Shown here: piece by piece, positions 1 through 8,903 of the stretch
How positions within the stretch are numbered: position 1 is the first letter of the stretch
Layout of the letters: every line of letters starts with the position of its first letter
Assembly (NCBI GenBank): GCA_031409275.1
Contig: JANNXA010000010.1
Span: 1,437 to 65,436, forward strand
Origin: Planctomycetota bacterium
Lineage (GTDB): Bacteria > Planctomycetota > B15-G4 > SIAN01
DNA length: 64,000 bases
Reading direction: 5' to 3'
The notes under the pieces: model-generated
The model's database searches: none
The model's input: only the letters and a program-made list of their open reading frames with translations
What the model was told of the DNA's origin: nothing
Program-made: the position numbers and the translations under genes

Positions 1-336
1 GGACCTCTCACGTTGCGCGTCAGACCTTCCCCACGTGCCGTTCCCATTACCCCGGCGGATCGCTCCTGCTGCACATGTCGGTTGCTTCGCAGTAGCGCTG
101 CGGCCTTCCCCGTTATTCAGGCGGGTCGGCTTCCACGTCTTCACTTTCGGGGCCTGCTCAGGATTCACGCGTGTTACGGCCCGTAGGTCTGCTGGCCCAC
201 CTCAAGTGGACTCTTGTCCCCAAGGCTTCAACGCAACCGGTTGCCCGGCCGCGCTGCTCGGGTAGCTGCCATCCTGAACCGACAACTCGATGGACGGAAC
301 TTGCATCCGCTGGTCCTCCGCACCTTCGTGACGCAC
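1..336 (-). mobile_element. Group II intron, 5' portion (domain I), truncated by the window edge (tentative)
   Basis: The reverse complement starts GTGCGTCACGAAGG at nt 336 (GUGYG 5' consensus). No frame has protein-like composition. Several strings recall bacterial group II domain I: GCGTGAATCCTGAGCAGGCC, CGAAAGTGAAGACGTGGAAGCC, GGGGAAGGTCTGACGCGCAAC. Exon nt ATTCA (341->337) is complementary to TGAAT in the loop of a CCCG/CGGG hairpin (119->115), a candidate IBS1/EBS1 pair. The RT ORF and domain V would lie off-window. Confidence 0.5.
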
Positions 337-366
337 TGAATCAGGCGGGTTACGATCCCCGCCCCC

Positions 367-2181
367 ATGACGCGCCCCGACCGCCTCGCCCCCGACCCTG
401 GCCTGCCGCTCAAGCTGCCGTTGGCGCTGCAGGGCGACCCGCCACGACTGCACGACGGCGCCGGCCGCCTGCTCGCGCTCTTCGATCCGCCGCTGCCGGC
501 TACCGCGGCGACAGGCGCGGGCGCGCTGGCGAACGGAGCGCTGCACCTGGCGCAGTCGCTCGCCGGTCCGCAGCGGGCGCGCCTCTTCTGGCCGCCGCGA
601 CCGGCCGCGCTGAGCCTCTTCGTCGATGACGAGGTCGAGCCGCGCCCTCTCGCTGCCGACTTCGCGTACCACGCGCACCAGCGGTTGCTGATCGTCGATC
701 CGCGCACGCGCGCCGCGCTGTCGATCGAGACGGGCGCTGCGGGCGCCGGCGAGCTGTCGCTGCGCGGCCTCGCGGGCGTCGACGCGCTCGAGCTCGAGGT
801 CACGGCTCGAAGCGGCGGCGCACCAGCGCTTGCGCTTCGCTTCGACGCGGCGGCGTTCGCCGCGCTCAACTCCGATCGTCGCGATCGAATCGACCATGCA
901 ATCGCGCAGGCGAGCGGCTCAAAGCCGCTCGGCCTGAACGTCGTCGCCGCCTCGGCGCGACTGCAGGTGGTGAGCTGGGACGACGACCACCCCGCCGACG
1001 AACGGGAGCAGGAACAGCTCGCGCAGCTCGTCACGTCGCGGCGGACCGGCACCACCTTGCTCCTCGCGGGACCCGACGGCGACGCCACGGGAAGCGAAGT
1101 GCCGCGCGCACTGTCGCGCCTCACCGACTCCGCGCCGCCGTTCGCGATCGAGCTCGACGGGAATCGTGCCGAGGTGCGCGCCCCCATCGGACGCGGCCGG
1201 ATCGTCCGCGGCGCCGCGGCGACGTGGACCCCGCGTCTCGCCGATGCGTCCGGAGCGCGCGCCGTCGAGGCGGCGATCGAGGCGGCGCTGATCGCGCAAG
1301 CCGAGGCGAGCACGCCGCTGGCGACCGCGCCGCCCGATGCGATCGGGGCGACCGCCACTCCGCTGCGTCCGCGCGCCGATGCCCCGCAGTGGCGCGAACT
1401 GCACGTGGCGCTGCCGGCGTGCGCGGCCGCCTTCCGCCACGAACTCGACGGCGGCGAACGGGTCCAGCCGGCGCTGCCCGGTGCCGCGCAGCACCTCTGG
1501 CCGACCGTCGGCCGGCTGGTGCGCGGCGCCGAGAGCTTCGAGCTCGCGCCGCAGGTCGGCGGTGTCGCGCCGCAGCGCCACCTGCTGGTGATCGAGCGAC
1601 TGACGCTCGCCGCCGACGCCGGCACGCTGCTGCGGGTCGAGCTCGACGATGAAGACCTCGGCCCGTGGCGACTCGGCGGGCCCTCGCCGGAAGGGGCGGA
1701 GCTCGACTCCTTCTCCATCCCTGCCGACCTCTTCGCCGGCCGCGACCGCTTCCGTCTCACGCTGCGCGCCAGCGCCGGCGAACAGGTCGCGCTGCGCTGG
1801 CGTTTCTTCCTCGAAGCGGAGCTGAACGGCAGCTGGCTCACCGACCTCGAGTGGTCGCCGCCGCTCGCGAACCACGGCAAGCGCATCGATCTCGCCGAAC
1901 AGCTCCGTGGCCGCAGCCTCACGCTGCGCGGCGGCGAGTCGACCACCACCGAACTGCCGCGGGGCTACCGCGAACTGCAAATCGGCGCGGTGCTGCTCTA
2001 CGGCGTGGCGGAATCGCCGGCGGCGCTCGAAGTGCGGCTCGACGACGAGGCGCCCACGCGAATCGAATGGGTCGCCGAGGAGGTCGTGGTGCCGCTTGGC
2101 AGCGCGCACCGGCTCACGCTCACGGCGGTCGGAACGGCGTCCACCACGGTCACGCTGCGCGACCCTCGGCTGCTGCGCTGA
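367..2181 (+). CDS. Hypothetical protein (604 aa), no recognised family
   Basis: Long ORF with Asp/Glu/Leu-rich, protein-like composition and G/C-ending codons. Overlapping antisense ORFs are Arg/Ser/Ala junk. The ORF opens right after TGA 337-339, at the putative intron boundary, so the true start and promoter are uncertain. Confidence 0.6.
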   Translation: MTRPDRLAPDPGLPLKLPLALQGDPPRLHDGAGRLLALFDPPLPATAATGAGALANGALHLAQSLAGPQRARLFWPPRPAALSLFVDDEVEPRPLAADFAYHAHQRLLIVDPRTRAALSIETGAAGAGELSLRGLAGVDALELEVTARSGGAPALALRFDAAAFAALNSDRRDRIDHAIAQASGSKPLGLNVVAASARLQVVSWDDDHPADEREQEQLAQLVTSRRTGTTLLLAGPDGDATGSEVPRALSRLTDSAPPFAIELDGNRAEVRAPIGRGRIVRGAAATWTPRLADASGARAVEAAIEAALIAQAEASTPLATAPPDAIGATATPLRPRADAPQWRELHVALPACAAAFRHELDGGERVQPALPGAAQHLWPTVGRLVRGAESFELAPQVGGVAPQRHLLVIERLTLAADAGTLLRVELDDEDLGPWRLGGPSPEGAELDSFSIPADLFAGRDRFRLTLRASAGEQVALRWRFFLEAELNGSWLTDLEWSPPLANHGKRIDLAEQLRGRSLTLRGGESTTTELPRGYRELQIGAVLLYGVAESPAALEVRLDDEAPTRIEWVAEEVVVPLGSAHRLTLTAVGTASTTVTLRDPRLLR

Positions 2182-2205
2182 CGACGGGGCGCGGACGCGC
2201 GCACG

Positions 2206-4074
2206 TCACTTCTTGGGGAGCGCCGCGGTCATCGCCCGCGTCCAAACCTCACCCTTCTTCAGCAGCCCGACCTGGCCCGCTCCCTCCGCGATGACCACCG
2301 TGTGGTCGGCAGGAATCGGCCCCTCGATGACCTCTTCCTTGCCGCCCGGCCAGCGCACCGTGATCCGGTCGAGATGGTCGAGATGGCCGATCCCGATGAG
2401 GCAGCGCGGATCGTTCTGGCTGATGAACGAACCCTGGCCGAGCTTCCAGCGGCAGAAGCGGCGCCCACCGGCCTCGACCACGACGCGCGCGCCGTAGCCG
2501 TCGCGATTGACCGTCGTGCCCAGGAGATGGACGCGGGCGAAATGGCCCTTCTGCGGCGTGTCGTTGCGAAGCAGCAGCGCCGGCTTGTCCATCTGGAACA
2601 GCGCGATGTCGGGATCGCCGTCCTCGTCGTAGTCGGCGAAGCCGGCGCCGCGGCAGTTGCGCTGCGCGTAGAAGTCATTGCCCGCCGCCTTGGCGCCATC
2701 GCTGAACTTCAGCGGCCCATCGCGTCGGTAGAGCAGCGGCCACTGCGCATAGTCCTGGACGCGCGGGCGTTCGGTGTCGACCTGCGGGAAGACGTGGCCG
2801 TTGAACGCGACGAGGTCCTCGTCGCCGTCGAGATCGAAGTCCCAGAAACCGGTGCCCCAGCCCACGTAGGGCAGCGCGGTGCGCACCTTCTCGGTCGGGT
2901 TGGGATTCTCGTCCCAGAGGTTGTCACCCTGCGACAGGAACAGGTCGTTGGTCTGCGCGGCGAAGTTGGTGATGAAAAGGTCGGGGATCAGGTCGTCGTT
3001 CAGGTCCGCCAGCGCGACGCCCATGCACGCCTTGTTGACGCCATCGTGGTCGACCGCGAGTCCGCTCTCGCCACCGGACGGCGTGAACATGCCGGTCTTG
3101 GTCTGTCGGTAGTGGTGGTTGGGCGTCATGTCGTTGGCGACGAAGAGGTCGATCTTGTCGTCGCCGTTCAAGTCCACCATCTGGATCGTGAAGCCGTACT
3201 CCTCCTCCTTCACGCGCAGACCCGCCTCCTTGGTGACGTCGGTGAAGCAGTTGCCGTCGTTGCGGAAGAGCTTGTCGGGCGCGCCTTTCAGATTCAGCGG
3301 CCCCATCATCACCTTCATGTTCCGCATGGTCTTCGCGAACGCCGGCCACGGCGACTTCTTGTTGAAATCGAGGTAGGCCGAGACGTAGAGGTCGAGGTCA
3401 CCGTCGTCATCGATGTCCCCCCACGCCGCGCCTGGCGTCACGTTGTCGAAGGTGACGCCCATCGCCTCGGCGACATCCGTGAACGTGCCGTCGCCGTTGT
3501 TGCGATAGAGGAAGTTCGGGCCGAAGTTGGTGACGTAGAGGTCGCTGTCGCCGTCGTTGTCGTAGTCGCCGGCTGCCGCTGAGATGCCCCAGCGATCGTC
3601 CTTCAGGCCGGCCGCCTCGGTCACGTCGGCGAACTTGCCGTCGCCCAGATTGCGGTAGAGCCGGTCCGTGACTCCGTTCTTCGCCTTGCCGAGCACCGCG
3701 TCGAGCGTGCTGCCATTGGGGATGAAGAGGTCGAGCCAGCCGTCGCCGTCGTAGTCGAACCAGCACATGCCGCAGCCGAGCGTGTCGATCAGCCGGCCCT
3801 TGTCGGGAGCGCCGCTCAAGTTCACGCAGTCGATGCCCGATGCCGCGGCGACCTCCTTGAAGGCGATCACGGGCCAATCGGGGAGCACGAACGGGTTCGC
3901 CGCCGGCTCGCTTGGAGGAGCGGTGGGCGCGGACACCGGCGGCGCCTCCTGCGCCGAGGCATGTGGGGCCGCGGTTGCGGAGACGGCCGCTGCCAGCATC
4001 AACAGATCGGCGCGACGCGGACGTGGTAGTGAAGGCAACGGAGTGCACCTTGGCGACCCGGGGGGCGCGATCAC
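2206..4074 (-). CDS. FG-GAP/VCBS repeat protein with ASPIC/UnbV-like C-terminus (CRTAC1 family), secreted
   Basis: Repeated Ca-binding FG-GAP motifs: DYDGDGWLDLF, GDYDNDGDSDLYV, GDIDDDGDLDLYV, DLNGDDKIDLFV, DFDLDGDEDLV, DYDEDGDPDI. C-terminal NRDGYGARVVVEAGGR...QGSFISQND. N-terminus PRPRRADLLMLAAAVSATAAPHASA is signal-like. GTG start at 4074, with an alternative ATG at 3999. Confidence 0.9.
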   Translation of the reverse strand: MIAPPGSPRCTPLPSLPRPRRADLLMLAAAVSATAAPHASAQEAPPVSAPTAPPSEPAANPFVLPDWPVIAFKEVAAASGIDCVNLSGAPDKGRLIDTLGCGMCWFDYDGDGWLDLFIPNGSTLDAVLGKAKNGVTDRLYRNLGDGKFADVTEAAGLKDDRWGISAAAGDYDNDGDSDLYVTNFGPNFLYRNNGDGTFTDVAEAMGVTFDNVTPGAAWGDIDDDGDLDLYVSAYLDFNKKSPWPAFAKTMRNMKVMMGPLNLKGAPDKLFRNDGNCFTDVTKEAGLRVKEEEYGFTIQMVDLNGDDKIDLFVANDMTPNHHYRQTKTGMFTPSGGESGLAVDHDGVNKACMGVALADLNDDLIPDLFITNFAAQTNDLFLSQGDNLWDENPNPTEKVRTALPYVGWGTGFWDFDLDGDEDLVAFNGHVFPQVDTERPRVQDYAQWPLLYRRDGPLKFSDGAKAAGNDFYAQRNCRGAGFADYDEDGDPDIALFQMDKPALLLRNDTPQKGHFARVHLLGTTVNRDGYGARVVVEAGGRRFCRWKLGQGSFISQNDPRCLIGIGHLDHLDRITVRWPGGKEEVIEGPIPADHTVVIAEGAGQVGLLKKGEVWTRAMTAALPKK

Positions 4075-4147
4075 GGGGCCGGATGATAGTCCCGATTCGC
4101 GGCGCTGCCCGGCCTTCCTCGGCAGCGGTCGGGAAGATCGTTCCCTC

Positions 4148-5749
4148 TCAGCGCTTCGGCTCGACGACCCCGCGGAACGCGGCCGCCGGCAACACGGCGA
4201 GCTTCACGTCCGTCTTGCGCCCGGCGAAGTAGTCGCAGCTCCATGCGTCGTTGAACAGCGCCACGCGCTGCCCGTGCGAGTCCACCGCCAGACGCGCCCC
4301 GCCCGGCAGGTCTTCCTGGACGACGTTTCCGCTTTCGATCCAGCGCATCACCGTCCACGGCGCCCGCTCGATGCGCGACTCCGCGCCGTACTCCGACTGC
4401 AGGCGGTACTGGACCACTTCGAACTGGAGTGGCCCGACGGCGCCGAGCAGCAGCACGCGCTGCGTCGCCCCTTCGACCAGGAACGACTGGACGACGCCCT
4501 CCTGCAGCAGCTGCTCGATTCCCTTGCCGAAGCGCTTGGCCTGCGCCGGGCTGCCGCTGTGGAGGAAGGCGAAGCACTCGGGCAGGAAGGCCGGGATCGA
4601 ATCGAAGGCCAGCGTCGGATCGTCGGCCAGCGTGTCACCGATCTGGAAGCCATCGCGCCCGATCAGGCCGATCACGTCGCCCGGATAGGCGACGTCGACC
4701 GTCTCGCGATCGCGCCCGAACACCTTGTGCGAACTCGACAGGCGGATCTTCTCCTGCGTGCGAGTGTGGATCACCTGCATGTCGCGCTCGAACTTGCCCG
4801 AGCAGACGCGCAGGAAGGCGAGTCGATCGCGGTGGTTCGGATCCATGTTCGCCTGGATCTTGAAGATGAAGCCGGAGAAGCCCGGCGCAGCGGGATCGAC
4901 GACTCGCGTGCCCGCCATCCGCGGCCGCGGCGCCGGCGCCAGCTCGACGAAACGATCGAGCAGCAGCTGCACCCCGAAGTTGTTGACCGCGCTGCCGAAG
5001 AAGACCGGCGTCAACGTGCCGCCGAGCACCTTCGCCTCGTCGAAGAGCGAGCCGGCGCCGTCCAGCAGCGACAGCTCCTCGACGACCTTGGCATGCACGT
5101 CGGGCGCGAGCTTCGCCACCACCTCGGGATCGTCGAGGCCGTGGATCGTGACCGGCGCGCGATAGGCGCCGCCCGGCGTCCGCTCGAAGAAGTGGACCTG
5201 GCGCGAACGGCGATCGAAGAGGCCACGGAAGTCGGCGCCCGAGCCGAGCGGCCAGTTGATCGGCGTCGAATGGAGGCCGAGCACCTCCTCGAGCTGATCC
5301 AGCAGCGCGAGCGGATCGCGCGACGGCCGATCGAGCTTGTTCATGAAGGTGAAGATCGGCACGCCGCGTCGACGACACACCTCGAAGAGCTTGCGCGTCT
5401 GGCTCTCGATCCCCTTGCCGGCGTCGATCACCATGACCGCCGCGTCGACCGCCATCAACACGCGATAGGTGTCTTCGCTGAAGTCACGGTGACCCGGCGT
5501 GTCGAGCAGGTTCACGACCCAATCGCGGTACTCGAACTGCAGCACCGTCGAACTGATCGAGATGCCGCGCTGCCGCTCGAGCTCCATCCAGTCGGAGGTG
5601 GTCTGGCGCTGGTTCTTCCTCGCGGTGACCGAGCCGGCCAGCTGGATCGCGCCGCCATACAGGAGCAAGCGCTCCGTCAGCGTCGTTTTGCCGGCGTCGG
5701 GGTGGGAGATGATCGCGAAGGTGCGGCGGCGTTCGAATTCGTGGGCCAT
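4148..5749 (-). CDS. prfC: Peptide chain release factor 3
   Basis: MAHEFERRRTFAIISHPDAGKTTLTE (G1), LLDTPGHRDF (G3), FMNKLD (G4); 533 aa, collinear with RF3. ATG at 5749. The 914-aa ORF extension upstream is Arg-rich junk overlapping the next gene. Confidence 0.93.
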   Translation of the reverse strand: MAHEFERRRTFAIISHPDAGKTTLTERLLLYGGAIQLAGSVTARKNQRQTTSDWMELERQRGISISSTVLQFEYRDWVVNLLDTPGHRDFSEDTYRVLMAVDAAVMVIDAGKGIESQTRKLFEVCRRRGVPIFTFMNKLDRPSRDPLALLDQLEEVLGLHSTPINWPLGSGADFRGLFDRRSRQVHFFERTPGGAYRAPVTIHGLDDPEVVAKLAPDVHAKVVEELSLLDGAGSLFDEAKVLGGTLTPVFFGSAVNNFGVQLLLDRFVELAPAPRPRMAGTRVVDPAAPGFSGFIFKIQANMDPNHRDRLAFLRVCSGKFERDMQVIHTRTQEKIRLSSSHKVFGRDRETVDVAYPGDVIGLIGRDGFQIGDTLADDPTLAFDSIPAFLPECFAFLHSGSPAQAKRFGKGIEQLLQEGVVQSFLVEGATQRVLLLGAVGPLQFEVVQYRLQSEYGAESRIERAPWTVMRWIESGNVVQEDLPGGARLAVDSHGQRVALFNDAWSCDYFAGRKTDVKLAVLPAAAFRGVVEPKR

Positions 5750-5814
5750 CGTTCGATGCGTGCCTGGAGCGGGAAGCGGGAGGTCGGGGCGGACGCGGCG
5801 AGCGCGGTGCGGCG

Positions 5815-6951
5815 TCAGCCGTGCTCGTGCGGCGCGACGGCGGGACGGCGACGAAACGCGATCCGCGCACCATCGGTGGCGACGAAGGTGACGTCGAGCC
5901 AGGTGCGGTCGGCGAGGTCGTTGGCGTTGACGTGAGCGGTGAGGCGGCGCAGCGCGGCGAGTGCCGGCGCGAGCGGCTGGCACGTGACGAGCTGCACGTG
6001 GAGCGGCGCATGACGCGGCCGCGCGATCTCGAGGAAGAGGCGGTGCTCGCCGAGCTGCCGCTGCCGCTCGGCCAGGACCGCTTCGCCCCACGCGGCGAGT
6101 CCGGGTAGCGCGGTGGCGACCGGACCCGGAGCGGCCGCACCATCGAAGCGCAGCAGCCGATCGAGCGGCACCTCGGCGTCGTACGCCGGCAGCGACCCGC
6201 TGCGATTGCCGTACTGGAGCGACTCCCACCGCACGAACGGCGGCGCGACGAACGGCGGCCGTTGCACGGCCTCGACCGCAGCCAGCGGCAGCAACTGCGC
6301 CGCGGCGACCGCGAGCAGCTGCTCGAGTTCCGCGGCCGACGGCAGCGCGGCCGCGCTCGGCAGTTCGCAGCGCCACTCGATCCAGCTCGTCGGTCGCACG
6401 CCCGCGACGGCGCGTTCCGCGAGGCGCGGCACGGCAATCACCAGCGTCGGCAGCGCGGCGCCGGCGGGCAGCGGCTCCGCCAGCTCCACGCTCATCACCA
6501 GCTCTTCGAGCCGCTCGCGCGGCGGCGAGAGTTCGACGCGCGCCTCGCCCCAGCCGAAGGCGGGCGTACGGCCCGGGCTCGGCAACCCGTCGTAGAGGAG
6601 TTCGTGCGCGGTCGCAGGAAAGTGGGCGCGCCGCTCGACGCGCAGCCGGACGTTCGGTGGCGGGGAGTTTCCTTCCGGCAGCGCTGCCGCGGCGACGTCG
6701 AGCCACGCGGTGGCGCGCAGCGTCGGCAGCTCGAGGTAGAGGGGCGCGCCGGACGTCACGACGAAGGCGGGCCGTACGTCGCCGCAGACTTCGATCATGC
6801 GCGGTTCGAGCGGAGCGGTCCGCAACGTCGCCGGCTCGAGCGTCGGCCGAGCGAGCCGCGCGAAGAGCGGCGGTGCCGGGCCGTCGTCGCAACCGGATGC
6901 GGCGAGCGGCGCGAGCAGCGCCAGCGCAACGAACCGTCGCGACGTCGCCAT
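5815..6951 (-). CDS. Hypothetical lipoprotein
   Basis: MATSRRFVALALLAPLAASGC is a signal peptide with a lipobox. The ATG at 6951 overlaps the stop of the upstream SDR by 1 nt. No family recognised. Confidence 0.7.
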   Translation of the reverse strand: MATSRRFVALALLAPLAASGCDDGPAPPLFARLARPTLEPATLRTAPLEPRMIEVCGDVRPAFVVTSGAPLYLELPTLRATAWLDVAAAALPEGNSPPPNVRLRVERRAHFPATAHELLYDGLPSPGRTPAFGWGEARVELSPPRERLEELVMSVELAEPLPAGAALPTLVIAVPRLAERAVAGVRPTSWIEWRCELPSAAALPSAAELEQLLAVAAAQLLPLAAVEAVQRPPFVAPPFVRWESLQYGNRSGSLPAYDAEVPLDRLLRFDGAAAPGPVATALPGLAAWGEAVLAERQRQLGEHRLFLEIARPRHAPLHVQLVTCQPLAPALAALRRLTAHVNANDLADRTWLDVTFVATDGARIAFRRRPAVAPHEHG

Positions 6952-7673
6952 CACAGCGGTTTCAGCAGGAGCTCTTCGGCGACCGCGCCCTCGGCGAGGA
7001 CGGCGTGGACGATCGCCTCGGCGACCTGCTCGGGTCGCATCATCCGCTCGCGCTCGATCCCGATGCGAGCGAGGTCGAGGCCGCAGTCGTCCCACGCTCG
7101 CGTGTCGACCTGGCCCGGCAGCACGTTGATGACCCGAATGGCGCGCGGCCGCAGTTCCTCGCGCAACGCATCACCGAAACCGCAGAGGCCATACTTGGTG
7201 GCGCAGTAGCCCGTGGAACCGGCGAACCCCTTCTTCCCCGCTTCGGAAGAGACGTTGACGATGGCGTGACCGCGTCCGCGCGCCGTCATCGTGCGCACGA
7301 CCGCGCGCGTGGCGAAGAACGCGCCGCTCAAGTTGGTTTCGAGCAAGGCGCGCCAGGTTGCCGTGTCGAGCTGTTCGAGCGGCCGAACGCGGAAGAGGCC
7401 GGCGTTGTTCACCAGCACGTCGATGCCGCCGAAGTCGGCGTCGGCGCGACGCACCGCCTGCTCGACCTCCTCCTCGCGAGCGATGTCGCCGTGCACCGTC
7501 AGGGCGCGACCACCGGCCGCGACGACCGCCGCCGCGGTCTCGTCGAGTTCGCGTTTGCTGCGCGCGAAGAGCGCCAACGACCACCCCTCGCGCGCGAACC
7601 GCAGCGCGGTGGCGCGTCCGATGCCGCGACCGGCGCCGGTGATGAAGGCGACCGCCGCCGCCGGCAAGCTCAT
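6951..7673 (-). CDS. Short-chain dehydrogenase/reductase (SDR)
   Basis: ITGAGRGIGRA Rossmann motif, NNAG, and the Ser...YxxxK triad (SSEAG...YCATK); 240 aa. Confidence 0.88.
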   Translation of the reverse strand: MSLPAAAVAFITGAGRGIGRATALRFAREGWSLALFARSKRELDETAAAVVAAGGRALTVHGDIAREEEVEQAVRRADADFGGIDVLVNNAGLFRVRPLEQLDTATWRALLETNLSGAFFATRAVVRTMTARGRGHAIVNVSSEAGKKGFAGSTGYCATKYGLCGFGDALREELRPRAIRVINVLPGQVDTRAWDDCGLDLARIGIERERMMRPEQVAEAIVHAVLAEGAVAEELLLKPL

Positions 7674-8131
7674 CGACGACTCCGCGCCGCGCGCGCGCGC
7701 GGCGCCGCGGCCGCGAAGTCCTGCGTGGCGCCGTAGAAGTCGACGAAGTTGCGCGGCGACTCGTAGAGGCGGACGCGATGGAGCAGCCCTTCCGGCAGGC
7801 GCCGCTCGAGCACTCGCCAGCAGCCGACCGCGACGTTCTCCGCCGTCGGGATCACGCCCCGCAGGAAGTCGGGGTCGAGGTTCAGGTTGCGATGGTCGCA
7901 CTTGGCGACCACCTCGCGCTCCATCACCGCCTTCAGTTCCTTCAGGTCGATCAGCATGCCGGTCGTCGCGTCGACGCAACCGCGCAGCGTGACCTCGAGG
8001 ACGTAGTTGTGGCCGTGGCCGCCCTTGTGGGCGCATGGGCCATAGAGGCGCGTATTGGCGGCATCGGAGAGCCGCGGGTTGCTCAGGCGGTGCGCCGCCG
8101 CGAATTCGACCCGACGGGTGATGTCGATCAC
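7670..8131 (-). CDS. queD: 6-pyruvoyl-/6-carboxy-tetrahydropterin synthase family (PTPS/QueD)
   Basis: FAAAHRL, GPCAHKGGHGHNY (Cys + His triad region), DHRNLN, TAENVA. Its stop overlaps the SDR start by 4 nt. The GTG start at 8131 is uncertain. The symbol is tentative (see findings). Confidence 0.8.
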   Translation of the reverse strand: MIDITRRVEFAAAHRLSNPRLSDAANTRLYGPCAHKGGHGHNYVLEVTLRGCVDATTGMLIDLKELKAVMEREVVAKCDHRNLNLDPDFLRGVIPTAENVAVGCWRVLERRLPEGLLHRVRLYESPRNFVDFYGATQDFAAAAPRARAARSRR

Positions 8132-8258
8132 GGGGGCGACGACTTTGGAGCGGACGGCGGCTCGGGGCAACGGGGATCCTCGCGAGGGGAGGCGCGGGAT
8201 CTTAGAGGCCGCCCTGCTTCGATCAGCGGCACTCCTTTCCGCTCGCGCCGCGACCCTG

Positions 8259-8287
8259 TTGCACGGCCACGCATCGCGCTCTATGTT
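8259..8287 (+). promoter_or_regulatory. Sigma70-like promoter candidate for tRNA-Asp
   Basis: TTGCAC (8259-8264), a 17-nt spacer, then TATGTT (8282-8287), about 50 nt upstream of the tRNA. Confidence 0.4.
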
Positions 8288-8337
8288 CCCCGCCCTCGTT
8301 CCACGAGGAACGCGGCCAGAAAACAAAGATCGACGGC

Positions 8338-8415
8338 GGGGGTGTAGCTCAGCTGGTTTAGAGCGCCAGCCTGTCACGTTGGAGGTCGTGGGTTCAAGTC
8401 CCATCACCCTCGCCA
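8338..8415 (+). tRNA. tRNA-Asp (anticodon GTC), CCA encoded
   Basis: Hand-folded cloverleaf. Acceptor GGGGGTG/CACCCTC, D arm GCTC-AGCTGGTTTA-GAGC, anticodon arm CCAGC-CTGTCAC-GTTGG, T arm GTGGG-TTCAAGT-CCCAT, discriminator G, then CCA. Confidence 0.95.
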
Positions 8416-8496
8416 TTTCTTCGATCTTGCGCGCGCCGTCGGCGCCCAGCCGCTGCACCGGTCTCGCCCGGCGCGGTCGATCTCCAGGGAGCTGCC

Positions 8497-8889
8497 GTGG
8501 GCCTCCTCGACTCGGTGAAGAAGCTGCGCGACGGCCTCTCGCTGCTCAAGGATCCGAAGGCGTTGCTCGCCAGCGAAGCGGGGCGCGCCGCCAAGGGCGA
8601 AGTCGACGCCTACGTCCAGGAGAAGCTGGTCGAGGCGCGCGCGCTGGCCGGCAACCTCGCCGACGAGACGCTCGGGAAGGCGCGCAGCGAAGCGCAGGCA
8701 TTCCTCGAGATCATCGAGGCGCGCATCGACGCCAAGCTGGTGGAGATCGAGAAGCTGCTCGAAGCGCGACTGCAGCGCGAGATCTACTGGAAGCTGGTCG
8801 CGCTGCGCTGGACGCTCGCCTTCGTCGTGCTGATGGCGCTGATCTCGCTCGGGTACCTCTTCCTGCGCCAGCGGCTGCAGGCGGGCTGA
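8497..8889 (+). CDS. Hypothetical protein with amphipathic helices and a C-terminal TM segment
   Basis: GTG start preceded by AGGGAG (8485-8490). Lys/Glu/Leu-rich helical composition, with C-terminal WKLVALRWTLAFVVLMALISLGYLFL. Confidence 0.6.
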   Translation: MGLLDSVKKLRDGLSLLKDPKALLASEAGRAAKGEVDAYVQEKLVEARALAGNLADETLGKARSEAQAFLEIIEARIDAKLVEIEKLLEARLQREIYWKLVALRWTLAFVVLMALISLGYLFLRQRLQAG

Positions 8890-8903
8890 GCGGAGCGGCG
8901 ACG

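Noticed and set aside
1-366. Whether the non-coding structured left edge is tmRNA, RNase P RNA, SRP RNA or a cobalamin riboswitch
   Set aside because: I could not find the RNase P strings (GAGGAAAGUCCGG, GGUAAGAGCGCACC, ACAGAACCCGGCUUA), a tmRNA tag ORF with a tRNA-like end, or the SRP GGAAG/AGCAG motif on either strand. The B12-box-like GAAGCCGACCCGCC is in the wrong order relative to the GGGAA element. The GGCGGG/CCCGCC hairpin is a plain stem-loop, not a T-arm.
228-1949. 573-aa minus-strand ORF (plus several other 100-400-aa ORFs) overlapping the 367-2181 gene
   Set aside because: Its composition is dominated by Arg/Ser/Ala/Pro with no motif. This is typical of stop-poor antisense frames in very GC-rich DNA, and the + frame has the protein-like composition.
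4148-6892. 914-aa version of the prfC ORF
   Set aside because: Only the last 533 aa (from MAHEFERRRTFAIISHPDAGKT, ATG 5749) match RF3. The upstream 381 aa are Arg-rich and overlap the lipoprotein gene, which is read in another frame.
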